A stretch of DNA of 64,000 nt from a virus. The stretch lies in the IMG/VR virus record IMGVR_UViG_3300037882_004127, positions 13,860 through 77,859 of that record. One strand, 5' to 3'. Shown here piece by piece: positions 22,732 to 32,276 of this stretch; position 1 is the first letter of the stretch, and each line of letters starts with the position of its first letter. The notes under the pieces are model-generated. The model searched no databases, was not told the origin of the DNA, and worked only from the letters and a program-made list of their open reading frames with translations. A program made the translations under genes and the position numbers.

Positions 22732-22970
22732 TACTTAATTACTTCCATTCCGAATTTGGACGCAATCTTTTTATCACCAGAAAATACAAAAAAATAATCA
22801 TCTTGCGCCCCATCCGAACAAAGCTCGCATCCGGAATCTCGCATGTCTTCTAGATTTTTAATCTCTGATTGTAAAGCCACGATCATTTCGTCAAAAGTCT
22901 TGGCATTGCCATAAACCCATTTTCCGCGAATAACCGTTTCGTATTTTTTATTTTTAGGCATAATTTTGTT

Positions 22971-22999
22971 ATTAAAAGATATTCCGACCCCTTTGTCAA
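22971..22999 (-). promoter_or_regulatory. sigma70-type promoter inside the polymerase cluster
   Basis: TTGACA-N17-TTTAAT, 9 nt before ATG 22961. Confidence 0.6.
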
Positions 23000-23000
23000 T

Positions 23001-23648
23001 TCAAATCTCCACAGCCCACAAAAGTTTCTGCAAAACCTGAAGATTTATTGAAAGATCATAAATTGAATTATGTAGCTTACTATCATCAACTTGTATCCCG
23101 AATTCCTTCGCCAAAACCCCCAATGAGGTCTTAACCCCTTTTCTCTTTTCCCTGCTCAGAGTCCCCATGGCGTATTGTTGTTGAATAAAATGCGCCCTAT
23201 CCGGCTTGATCCCCAACTTCATCATTCTAGCCACTGCATTAGTATCCAGAACGCGGTGAATATTATAAATTGGCCTCTTCCCTAAATATCGCGCCCATTG
23301 GTTAATAATATATAGATCGAAGAAAAGCACGTTGTGCCCGCAAAGGATAATATCATCATTTAATAATAGCGGTTCAAAGTGATTCCATACCTCAAGTGGG
23401 TCTTTCCCTATTAATTTAACCTTCTCCTCGGAATAGCCCGTAATCCGCGCCGCATCCCGTGACATATGAAATCGGCCACCCCAGTTAATAAAATGATCTT
23501 GCTCTTCGATTATTTCATTTTTTGTCGCTAAAATAGAAGAATGTTGCCAAGGCGGGTTATCAGTTAAGAGGTTAAGACTATATGTTTCTTCATCGAAAAA
23601 ACAATACTGCTGTTTGTCATTAAATCTTAGTAAGTCGGCCCCAATCAT
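23001..23648 (-). CDS. DnaQ-like DEDDh 3'-5' exonuclease
   Basis: FDEET (ExoI), GHNVLFFD (ExoII), LHNSIYD (ExoIII). Confidence 0.85.
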   Translation of the reverse strand: MIGADLLRFNDKQQYCFFDEETYSLNLLTDNPPWQHSSILATKNEIIEEQDHFINWGGRFHMSRDAARITGYSEEKVKLIGKDPLEVWNHFEPLLLNDDIILCGHNVLFFDLYIINQWARYLGKRPIYNIHRVLDTNAVARMMKLGIKPDRAHFIQQQYAMGTLSREKRKGVKTSLGVLAKEFGIQVDDSKLHNSIYDLSINLQVLQKLLWAVEI

Positions 23649-24430
23649 GCTTTTACCTCCGTTAAGTTTAAGTAATCAGTTAGACAAAAATTGGGCGATC
23701 CACAATGATTTAATTCGGGTTTTTGGAAAGTTGTCCGCTCCTTAATAGCTCTGAATATTAGCCAAGATTTCGCGTCCTCATAATCCGGATAGTAAATAGT
23801 TTTAGTATTAATCACCTCATACTCTCCATCCTTAATAAAATTGTCAAGTGCTTCATCAATCAGTGGTGCAAATGGCAATCCACTATTAATTTCTTTCATG
23901 AACACGGGTTTGACCGGAAACTTCGGAATAATCGCGCTCCCATAGTTTAGGGTATTTCTGTGAAGAAAGCTATCAAAATAAGGCACTGACAATGATAAAT
24001 TCTCCGTCCACATTTCACCTAAGACACTCCAAGAAGTTCGATAGTGATAATACTTCCCCTTTGGGTTCGTAAACACTTTACTATACAGCTTAATAATATC
24101 CTTGTACGATTGGCTATTTCTCATCCATACAATCACCTTACTCTCATCATTAACCGATTCAGGGGTATGTTCCTCAGCATTACTACAAACCCATAATTCT
24201 AGCCCGAAAATTAATTGCAAATTATTCTCATCACATAATTTGAGTGCCGAAACGAAATCGTACATTCGAGTTGAGACAAAATAAACCTCCTTTAGTCCTG
24301 CTTTTTTTGCTAAAGTTATAATGGATTGGGGTCCATCAGATTTAGTCTCCTTCTTAGGCCACCACACATTGATTCCACGACCCGATGAATCTGAATACCA
24401 AATCGGGATAATCTCTTGTTTATTTTCCAT
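23645..24430 (-). CDS. stand-alone PHP domain of DNA polymerase III alpha
   Basis: LIFGLEL, N..SYKDIIKLYS typical of DnaE N-terminus; usual HxH metal ligands absent. Confidence 0.75.
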   Translation of the reverse strand: MENKQEIIPIWYSDSSGRGINVWWPKKETKSDGPQSIITLAKKAGLKEVYFVSTRMYDFVSALKLCDENNLQLIFGLELWVCSNAEEHTPESVNDESKVIVWMRNSQSYKDIIKLYSKVFTNPKGKYYHYRTSWSVLGEMWTENLSLSVPYFDSFLHRNTLNYGSAIIPKFPVKPVFMKEINSGLPFAPLIDEALDNFIKDGEYEVINTKTIYYPDYEDAKSWLIFRAIKERTTFQKPELNHCGSPNFCLTDYLNLTEVKA

Positions 24431-24438
24431 TTTAAAAA

Positions 24439-27400
24439 TTACCTAACCTCCTCCACTTCAATCAAATCCCCATCAAACTCATATCTTTGCCAACTCACCA
24501 CCTTAATCCCAAATGACCCATCCAGCGGCACCCAACCCTCATCGTCCTTATGGGGCGGTTTACCATCATATAAAATGTGGTTAGATAATTGTTTAAGCCA
24601 AGTTTTCACATAATCCCCGCCATTATCGTCTAATCTGTGCTCGTAACCGCCCCAGAATTCAACCATTTCCTTAATCACATCCTTGCTTTTCTCCAAGTCA
24701 ATAACAATTGTGGCCAACCAATCACCATCGTAATTTAAATCGTATGTTTTAGTCATATTTACTCCTCAAATTCCCATTCCCAAACGCGCCAATTTCCACC
24801 CATAAAACCCTCAAACGGAAGGTCTTCAATCATCTTCTTTAAAGCGTCTTCTCTGGATAAAGTCAACAGCAACCCGACAATTATGCCCAATTTACTAACT
24901 TGATTTTCAATATAACAGGAGTCCCCGATATATTCCTTGATAACGGTTTCAGGATCAACCTCTACCCGGCGAATTTCCGGAACTTTCTTAAACTTTTTGC
25001 ACCCGGCTTTGTCCACGCCGTTTTCGGCTTTAGCGTTTACTGTGTATTTTTTATAGATTTTCATATTTTAATTTTCCGCGCAATAATATCCATCTTTATG
25101 ATAATAAATTCCCATAGCATCACAATCTAAAAGTTCTGGTGGTAGAATTACCATTTGGTCCGTTTTGGTGTCAACTCCATAATCAAGTCTAACCTCGCCT
25201 TTCTTATCCTTAAATGTATAAATAATAATCATTCAGAATAATTCTCAATTAAATTCTCAATGTCAAGTAAAGTTAACTCATTAGCCGGGCATTGTCAAGT
25301 TGTTTAATCAACTGTTCGCGGGCAATCAAATCCATCAATTGAGACTTAATCTCAGTTGCCCTCTCCTTGGATAAATCACACCAATTACCTTCAGATTCCT
25401 CATAAGCAAGGGAATTTTCGGTTTCGCGCAAAATCCCATAAATTAACAATTGAATTAAATAATTCTCGGCCTCTTCATATGTGTTGAATGTTGAGTAGGA
25501 TTCTAACTCGTGCATAACATAACCGTGATGTTCAACCACGTATTTAACATCTTGGTAAACGGTATATTGAGTGTTGATGCTAAATTCAAAATCCCTTTGT
25601 TTATGGTGGCTGCAACCAATGCATCTTCCCCATAGTTCGAGCAATTCCTTAATTATATCTTGTTTATTCATTTTAAGTTTTTAATTAATCGGTCATACAT
25701 AACCAACGTCCCCGCTACAGCGACATTATATGAATAAGTTCTATCCGACTCAATCGAACAAATCCCATCGCATTTTTTGACAATTTCAATTGGCAGTCCT
25801 TTAATTTCGGACACAAGTAAATAAACCGCCCTCTCAGGATGACAAAAATTCCTCAAATAAGAACCCCCATATTTCGGATCTTCAACTGCAATTAATTTGC
25901 AATTCGCTGGTTTAGTAGCATAGAATTCCTCAAAATCTTTAAAAGAGCGAGCCGGAATGTGTCGCGCCGCGCAACAGGTATCGGAGTGTTGGGTTTTATG
26001 TTTTGATCCAATAACAAATATGCCCGCCGCACCTAATTGGTAAGCGGACCTCATTAAGGTTCCATAATTACATTCTTTCTCGGGGTAATAAATACCAATT
26101 TCAAAATATCCTCGGTTGCTCATAATTAATTAAAAAATTCTATTTTAACCCCACTTAAATCAACTGCTAAAATAGCAATCCCACACCATTCATTCCCGGG
26201 GGAATCAACCTCATATTGCATAATCGCGAAAAATAAATTCTTCCGATTGTGACCTTGCGCAAATTCCCTAATTGCCATATCTTTATTATTAATTAACCAC
26301 TCAATGGCTTTCTTGGGCGAACTGAACGCGCCGAATTCACAATCTAATGAGACATTCCTCTTATCCACGCGACGGTAAATCTTAATGAAATAAACCGATT
26401 TGCTTTTGCTCACTTTTTCACCCCTCCGAACATTTGATTGAATATATCTGAACCGCCCGATGCTTTATGAAAATTTGTTGCAATTCGTTTGCCCTCCTCA
26501 AAACCATCCGCCCGGCCATCATTGCGCGCATATTTACATGCGGTTAGAATAATTTTCTCCAACTGTTTCGCGGTTAACTCAATACTGTCCGAATCACCCC
26601 AATCATTTTTGGCGGCGAACTTTAAATAGATTTCTTTATCAGTCATATTGTCTCCTCAATAGAGATTCTTTAATCTCGTGATATTGTTCATTGGTTAATT
26701 CAATCAACCCATCATCCAATTCCGTCTCCCGATCAATTAGGGTAAACCATCGCCCCAAAACGCGCACCTCTAAAAAACTGATCCTCACATTAAGGGCTCG
26801 CTCATCGCCAACTGAATCGTCATATAAGGCGAGAAAACCCGTGAATAGTAGGGTTAACTCGTCAAATGTGGGGAATTGCCGCTGGATTGATTGAATTTGA
26901 TTAGGGGTTAATTCAATGTGGTTCATAGCTATTTTAGTTTCACACTCATTAAGCGCGACCATTGCTCCTTGGTCAAGCCAGATTCTTCAAATAACTCAAA
27001 TTCCCGATCAATCCAACCGTCTAACCAATCGCAGCCCTTCTGGGTGTAATGTTTAAAAGGGTTTAAGTCGGAATCACTTAACCTATCCCGGGCCTCCCAA
27101 CCTAATTCGTAAGCATCTTTCATAAGCTCACTGTCTCCTTTAGTATTTTTTTAAGCGCATCAACCTGTTTGTTTAGTAACCTAATCCGTTCGCGCGTAAT
27201 GCTGAGACCAATTTTCTTCGCAGTTGCCTTCTTAATGTAGAATTTAGTATATTTATTGTCCCGCCGCCAGATGAATTTGTCCTCTTTGATTAAATGCGCA
27301 TCATAATTATCAGGGGGACCCTCGAAAATATGCTTCTTAACGGAACCTGTTGCATATTCGGTGTCAACGGAATAAACCGTTATGGGATAGGTTAGGGTAA

Positions 27401-27803
27401 AATTTCTCATTTAATTTTCTCCTCGTCACGCATTACTCGTTTACTATTTCTGCGCAAATAATCATAACCCTTCAATGCTTGTTCGGTTGTAACTTTTGGC
27501 TGATTGGCAATCTGTTCAATAGTTGCGCGTTTAATCTTGGGCTTATCGCAAAATAAAATCTCCTCTAAAGAGAAATCTTTATCGACAATTTCTTTCCAAA
27601 TATCTTCAATTATTTTATTGGAATCCATATTATCCTTGCGAACAGCTAAACCAAACATCGCGCGCCGCATCTTCTGGGTTGTTGGGCCAATTGTCAAAGC
27701 GGCTGTCGGATTCCTCTGCAATTTCCACGCGCGTATCTTCGTCCCAATAACCGCGTCTTTCGCAAAAATCAACAAATTCCTTATTCCATTGTTCGCGGGT
27801 CAC
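24439..27803 (-). other. array of small hypothetical phage ORFs
   Basis: Co-oriented coupled ORFs; the 27407..27775 track ORF is better read as two genes (27630..27803 and 27407..27628). Confidence 0.6.
25668..26123 (-). CDS. SpoU/TrmH-family RNA 2'-O-methyltransferase
   Basis: NYGTLMRSAYQLGA, SE..GLP, SYNVAVAG..VMYDR SPOUT motifs. Confidence 0.85.
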   Translation of the reverse strand: MSNRGYFEIGIYYPEKECNYGTLMRSAYQLGAAGIFVIGSKHKTQHSDTCCAARHIPARSFKDFEEFYATKPANCKLIAVEDPKYGGSYLRNFCHPERAVYLLVSEIKGLPIEIVKKCDGICSIESDRTYSYNVAVAGTLVMYDRLIKNLK

Positions 27804-27889
27804 TTAAATGGTCTCCTTTAGGTTTAGGAAATATTCTCGCATAGCTTTCCACTCAGGATTCCTGTAGCCCGGCTCAACCCAAATTTTGC

Positions 27890-29146
27890 AAAAAAGTTCA
27901 CACGGCGATATAAAGTTCATGAAATTAGTGTATTCATTGTTACAAAACAAAATGTCAGTCTTAACCTACAATGTCGAATTGATTCCGAAGAGTCAAGAAG
28001 ATTTCTTAAAAATTGAGAAAATTCTTGATGCGAATCGCTTTGCGTGGAATAAAATATCTAAGGTTTATTACGGGCTAGGGAAAAACACGGATAGAAAAGA
28101 TTTGCATAAACAAACTTATTTCCCAATCCGTAGAGAAAAACCAGAAATTCCCGCACAAGTTATCATTCGTGCTCAAAATGACGTAAGGGCGGCATATAAA
28201 TCAGTAGTTAGCAATAAGCACAAAATTGTTAAACCGATAGAAAAGAAGAAATTAAGCATGAGGCTGGATAAAAGGCTTTATAGGCTTAAGGAGGGCTTAA
28301 TATTTCTGACCACTTTAGAAAAAAGATGTGAATTTACATTTAAAACATTTGAAAAATTTAACGAACTAAAAGCGAAATATGTTTTCGGCGACCCTTTAAT
28401 TTTTATCCGTGGCGGGAAACTTTATGCGGCGATTTCATTTAAGATTCCAGAAATTCCAGTTAGTAGCACCCCATTGGCAGTTGGAATTGACCTAGGAATA
28501 AAAAATATCGCTGCAACATCCGATGGGAAAATCTATACAGATAAAAAATATTTGAAAGAAAAACGGCAACTTAGATTTCTGAAAAGAAAATTAAGAGCAC
28601 GCAAAACAAAATCCGCTCGAAAACATCTAAAGAAAATTCGGCGAAAAGAGGCTAATCGCACCAAGAATTTTGCTCATCATTTGGCTAACAAAATTTTAGA
28701 TACAGAAGCAAATGTTATCGTTTTAGAAAAATTAAAAGGGATTAAACAGAAAATCTCTAAAAAACGAGGAAAAGCGTTTAATAATAAATTTTCGCAAATA
28801 CCAATTGCGATGTTAGCGACGATCATATCATATAAGGCACCCTTAAAGGGGAAAACGGTTCGTTTCGTGAATCCACAAAATACCAGTCAAATTGACCACA
28901 GAACGGGTCAAAAAGACGGAGTCCGCAAGGGTAATATCTATCTCGGAAAAGATGGAATTTTACTTCATGCGGATATCAATGCTGCAATAAATATTGCAAA
29001 ACGTTCTGAACTCCCAATACTAAGCGGAAACGCAAGTTATTGGCAAGCCGTTGTCAACCGGCTAATCGTTGGAAATAGTTTAAGCCGAAAGGTTTAAATT
29101 AATTCGTTTTCGACAAGCCTCTATCGCTTGCGATGAGGTAGTTGAC
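27890..29146 (+). mobile_element. tnpB-only IS200/IS605-like insertion
   Basis: Ends with hairpin CCTCTATCGCTTGCGATGAGG then TAGTTGAC; removal rejoins a 40-aa minus-strand ORF; left boundary inferred from frame only. Confidence 0.7.
27952..29097 (+). CDS. tnpB: RNA-guided nuclease TnpB (start likely ATG 27952)
   Basis: GIDLG, VLEKL, HADINAA RuvC motifs; clearly paralogous to 8519..9682. Confidence 0.9.
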   Translation: MSVLTYNVELIPKSQEDFLKIEKILDANRFAWNKISKVYYGLGKNTDRKDLHKQTYFPIRREKPEIPAQVIIRAQNDVRAAYKSVVSNKHKIVKPIEKKKLSMRLDKRLYRLKEGLIFLTTLEKRCEFTFKTFEKFNELKAKYVFGDPLIFIRGGKLYAAISFKIPEIPVSSTPLAVGIDLGIKNIAATSDGKIYTDKKYLKEKRQLRFLKRKLRARKTKSARKHLKKIRRKEANRTKNFAHHLANKILDTEANVIVLEKLKGIKQKISKKRGKAFNNKFSQIPIAMLATIISYKAPLKGKTVRFVNPQNTSQIDHRTGQKDGVRKGNIYLGKDGILLHADINAAINIAKRSELPILSGNASYWQAVVNRLIVGNSLSRKV

Positions 29147-29165
29147 GCAAATTTTTAATCAATTC
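29010..29165 (+). ncRNA. omegaRNA scaffold plus guide of TnpB-2; 5' boundary approximate
   Basis: Stem AGCCG/CGGCT with loop GTCAAC complementary to terminal GTTGAC; predicted guide from 29147 GCAAATTTTTAATCAA. Confidence 0.65.
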
Positions 29166-29958
29166 TTTAATTTGGTCGTTCACTGGTTTAATTCTTTCTT
29201 TAATTGTTCAAATAATTTCTTTTTCCACTCAATCTCTAAATTTGCGCGGCTCTTCTCCGCAAGCTCTCGTTGTTCAATCTCCTCCTTAGTCTCGGGGCGC
29301 TCATATTTAATGGAGTAAATCAAAACGCCCGCACCATAAGATTCGGTGGCGCTAATATGCAAATAGGCAGACTGGCGAAATTCCTCCGGGATTGAGAGGA
29401 GCTTACCATTCAACCAGTTGATATGTTCCGCTAAATTTGTAGGGAAAGTGTCGAGCCAAGAATTGCCCTCATCGTAAATTGTGATTGTTTTATTCATTTT
29501 TTTTAAGTTCAACTTCAATTTTATCTAGAGCCTCATTTAAGGCAATCCTTAATTCAGAGATATTCCCAAATTCCGATTTGAGGCAACCCTGAGTGAGGGG
29601 ATTGATTTTGCCAAGTTCAACGTTAGAGGGCTTGATGATTGCTAATTGCAAACCATTAACATAAACGTCGGTATGCCCGGGGTGAAAACAGGTTAGGAAT
29701 GAGGTGTAGTTATTCAACGGTGTAGGTTCCTGATAGTTTAACTGTCTTTCCGGTTTCTAACTGTTCAAAAATAATTCCCGAACGGCTCGTTCTAACAAAA
29801 CCCTTAGCTTTGTAAGTTTTAAGAATTTCGCCAGATTGAGAATATAGGGTGACTAAAGAAATCGCCTCGTCCCGCTTTTGTGTTACTTTGAAAACAAAGG
29901 TTAAAGATCCAGCGAGAAATAGTAATAAGATGGTTATAAGTGTGGCTACAAATTTCAT

Positions 29959-30873
29959 TTATTGAGTAAGCCACTTTTCGCGCCAGTTGTCAAACTTAAT
30001 TTCACTTTGTTCTCCGAGAAAGTGGCAATCGGCAAAGTCCTTGGTTTCTGGAAGTGCAATTAAGACTCGCTCTTCTGTAAAAAAATTGTCAAGAGTTTTT
30101 TTAATTGAAAATGCTTTTTTATTCCCTACGCCACCGTTTTCACTACCCAACTCATTATTTGTCGCAATCAATATGCGTTTAGGGTTAAGCGAAATCAAAT
30201 AGGCAATTATTTTTGAACTGATGTTAACCCCGAATAAGCACAGAACATTTTTGATGCCTTGCTCCCAGAGATATAAAACACAACCGGGACTTTCAACTAG
30301 AATAACTGATCCAGACTTTTTGATCTCTTGAGGCTCATAAGGCCATGTCGCATTGCGGATTTCCCCTAAATGCTTCCATTTGCCGATACCATTCTCTTTA
30401 TGCCAATCAGAATAATCAATTAACCGCCCGCTGAATCCAGTAATTTGAGTTTTTTCTTTATTGAAAACAGGAAGGACAACACGCTTATTTAACTGGCCTC
30501 CTAGCGCAACTCCCATGCGAAAATATCTTTGAGTCGCGGCACTAACGCCTCGCTTTTCAAAATAAGAGTAGTCAAAAATTAATTTATCTAATAAGGAGAT
30601 CGGCCAGTTTTTAGGAATTTGAATTTTAGGCTCAGGTGAAATGTAAGGCGTGTAACTTCCATCTGATTCGGTTCCGATTAACTGAAGGATTCGGGCAAGA
30701 TGCTCTTTGTCGCCACTATATTTTAAGCAATTAAATTTTCCATCTCGTTGAACACCAAGATGGTTCTTATTATGGCTGTCTTCATTATTTTCGGCGCATG
30801 CGGGGCATCTCGCTTGCCACCCCGTAGAGGTTGTTACGAGGTTTTCCAACTTTTCTAAATCTATGACGTTCAT
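29959..30873 (-). CDS. dnaG: DNA primase (Zn ribbon + TOPRIM)
   Basis: RCPAC, RVVLPV..GFSGR, KWKH, ILVES, LP..KDFAD; in the replication cluster near DnaB. Confidence 0.8.
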   Translation of the reverse strand: MNVIDLEKLENLVTTSTGWQARCPACAENNEDSHNKNHLGVQRDGKFNCLKYSGDKEHLARILQLIGTESDGSYTPYISPEPKIQIPKNWPISLLDKLIFDYSYFEKRGVSAATQRYFRMGVALGGQLNKRVVLPVFNKEKTQITGFSGRLIDYSDWHKENGIGKWKHLGEIRNATWPYEPQEIKKSGSVILVESPGCVLYLWEQGIKNVLCLFGVNISSKIIAYLISLNPKRILIATNNELGSENGGVGNKKAFSIKKTLDNFFTEERVLIALPETKDFADCHFLGEQSEIKFDNWREKWLTQ

Positions 30874-30893
30874 TGAAATTATTTTAATAAATC

Positions 30894-30934
30894 TTACACA
30901 TGTTTAGATATTCGTGACGAATCTTGTGTATAAT
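30894..30934. promoter_or_regulatory. divergent GTGTA-type promoters flanking a palindromic operator
   Basis: GTGTAA on minus (30894-30899), GTGTATAAT on plus (30926-30934), perfect inverted repeat ATTCGT-G-ACGAAT (30910-30922). Confidence 0.55.
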
Positions 30935-30942
30935 CAATTAGC

Positions 30943-31107
30943 ATGTCAACAACAAAAGATAAGAATCGGCGACTTCAACTCTGCTTAAAAGCGGACGTGG
31001 CACAGAAATTGGAAGAGATTGCGCTTAAGACTAAACTTAAATACGTGGCGATTATTAGTAATGGGATTGAGAAAGAATACGAGAAGATGAAGGAGGGTGC
31101 GAAATGA
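30943..31107 (+). CDS. small ribbon-helix-helix-like protein (54 aa, not in ORF track)
   Basis: MSTTKDKNRRLQLCLKADVAQKLEEIALKTKLKYVAIISNGIEKEYEKMKEGAK; stop overlaps next ATG. Confidence 0.65.
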   Translation: MSTTKDKNRRLQLCLKADVAQKLEEIALKTKLKYVAIISNGIEKEYEKMKEGAK

Positions 31108-32276
31108 TTGGGCGAAATTGGACCGAGGAAGAGATTGCTTTGGCAACTAAACTAGGAAGCGAGGGGAAAACGGCAAAAGAAATCGCCGTGGCTTTAAACA
31201 GAACGCGCGAATCTATTGAGTCAAAATTAAGAAAGGCGAACATAAAATACAAGAAAAATGAATTTTTCGATTTAAACGGGGAGGATGCTCTTTGGTTCAG
31301 AGAGAATTTCAATAAACTTAAAATCAGAGAGTGCGCGGAAATAAAGGGTATGACGATTAACCGTGTCCAACAAATCGCCAACTTACTAGGTCTGTCCAAA
31401 CAAAAGAAAAGAAGTAGCGTCCCACTAGAAATTCAAAATCAAATAGCAGAGGAATATAAAACGCATAAAAATAAGGGAAAATTAAGAGAAAAGTATGGTT
31501 ACGGAATGGCGACAATAAGCAAAATTATCGCAGAAAGGGGAATTAAATTTTCTCTTTACTCTAAGTTTGATGATATTGGGGCTGATGTAATTAAAGATTT
31601 TAACGATGGAATTTTGTCAATGCGACAAATGGAGGTTAAATACAATTACTCAATGGATCAAATGAGAAATAAGTTAAAAGAGCTTGGAATTTATGATGAA
31701 AACAGATGGGAGAAAACGATTAACAAAAAACCATATTATCAATGCTGGGTAGATAAATACGGGCAAGAAGAAGCGGATCGTCGCGAAGTTTTATATAGAG
31801 AAAAACAAGCCATTGCTGCTAAAAATAAAGTTTACGTTTATCGCGATGCCCCACAAGGTTCCGGTAATGGTTGGAAGGGATGGTATGACGGACATTATTT
31901 TAGGAGCTTAAGGGAGCTATGTTTTATCGTGGAAATGGACGAAGCGGGGATCGAATGGAATTCAGCAGAAAAGAAGATTTACGATATTCCATATATTTGG
32001 GACGGGAATCCAAGAATTTATCGTCCAGACTTTGTAATCGGTAATTTATTATACGAAATTAAACCTATCCGTCTTCATACCAGTCCTAAGGTCTCTGCAA
32101 AAGCTAAAGCCGCTCACGAATTTTGCTCTAAAAATGGACTCACTTATATTATAACGGATGTGAAAATAAAACCCGAATTAATTAAAAAGTATTATGATTT
32201 AGGTCGAGTAAAATTCGACAGAGACTATGAAGAAAGGTTTCTAAACTTTCTAAAAAAGAATCAAAAAGCTGGTTGA
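31104..32276 (+). CDS. HTH-repeat protein with C-terminal TnsA-like PD-(D/E)XK endonuclease (free-standing homing-type)
   Basis: FRSLREL, YRPDFVI....EIKP; N-terminal WTEEE/HTH repeats; antisense between dnaB and primase. Confidence 0.75.
   Translation: MIGRNWTEEEIALATKLGSEGKTAKEIAVALNRTRESIESKLRKANIKYKKNEFFDLNGEDALWFRENFNKLKIRECAEIKGMTINRVQQIANLLGLSKQKKRSSVPLEIQNQIAEEYKTHKNKGKLREKYGYGMATISKIIAERGIKFSLYSKFDDIGADVIKDFNDGILSMRQMEVKYNYSMDQMRNKLKELGIYDENRWEKTINKKPYYQCWVDKYGQEEADRREVLYREKQAIAAKNKVYVYRDAPQGSGNGWKGWYDGHYFRSLRELCFIVEMDEAGIEWNSAEKKIYDIPYIWDGNPRIYRPDFVIGNLLYEIKPIRLHTSPKVSAKAKAAHEFCSKNGLTYIITDVKIKPELIKKYYDLGRVKFDRDYEERFLNFLKKNQKAG

Noticed and set aside
8519-29200. TnpB-1/2 as Cas12f with a CRISPR array, with the Cas4-like gene at 42119 as an adaptation module
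   Set aside because: No repeat-spacer array seen near either gene or elsewhere; both have IS-type right ends; the Cas4-like nuclease sits in an ordinary recombination context
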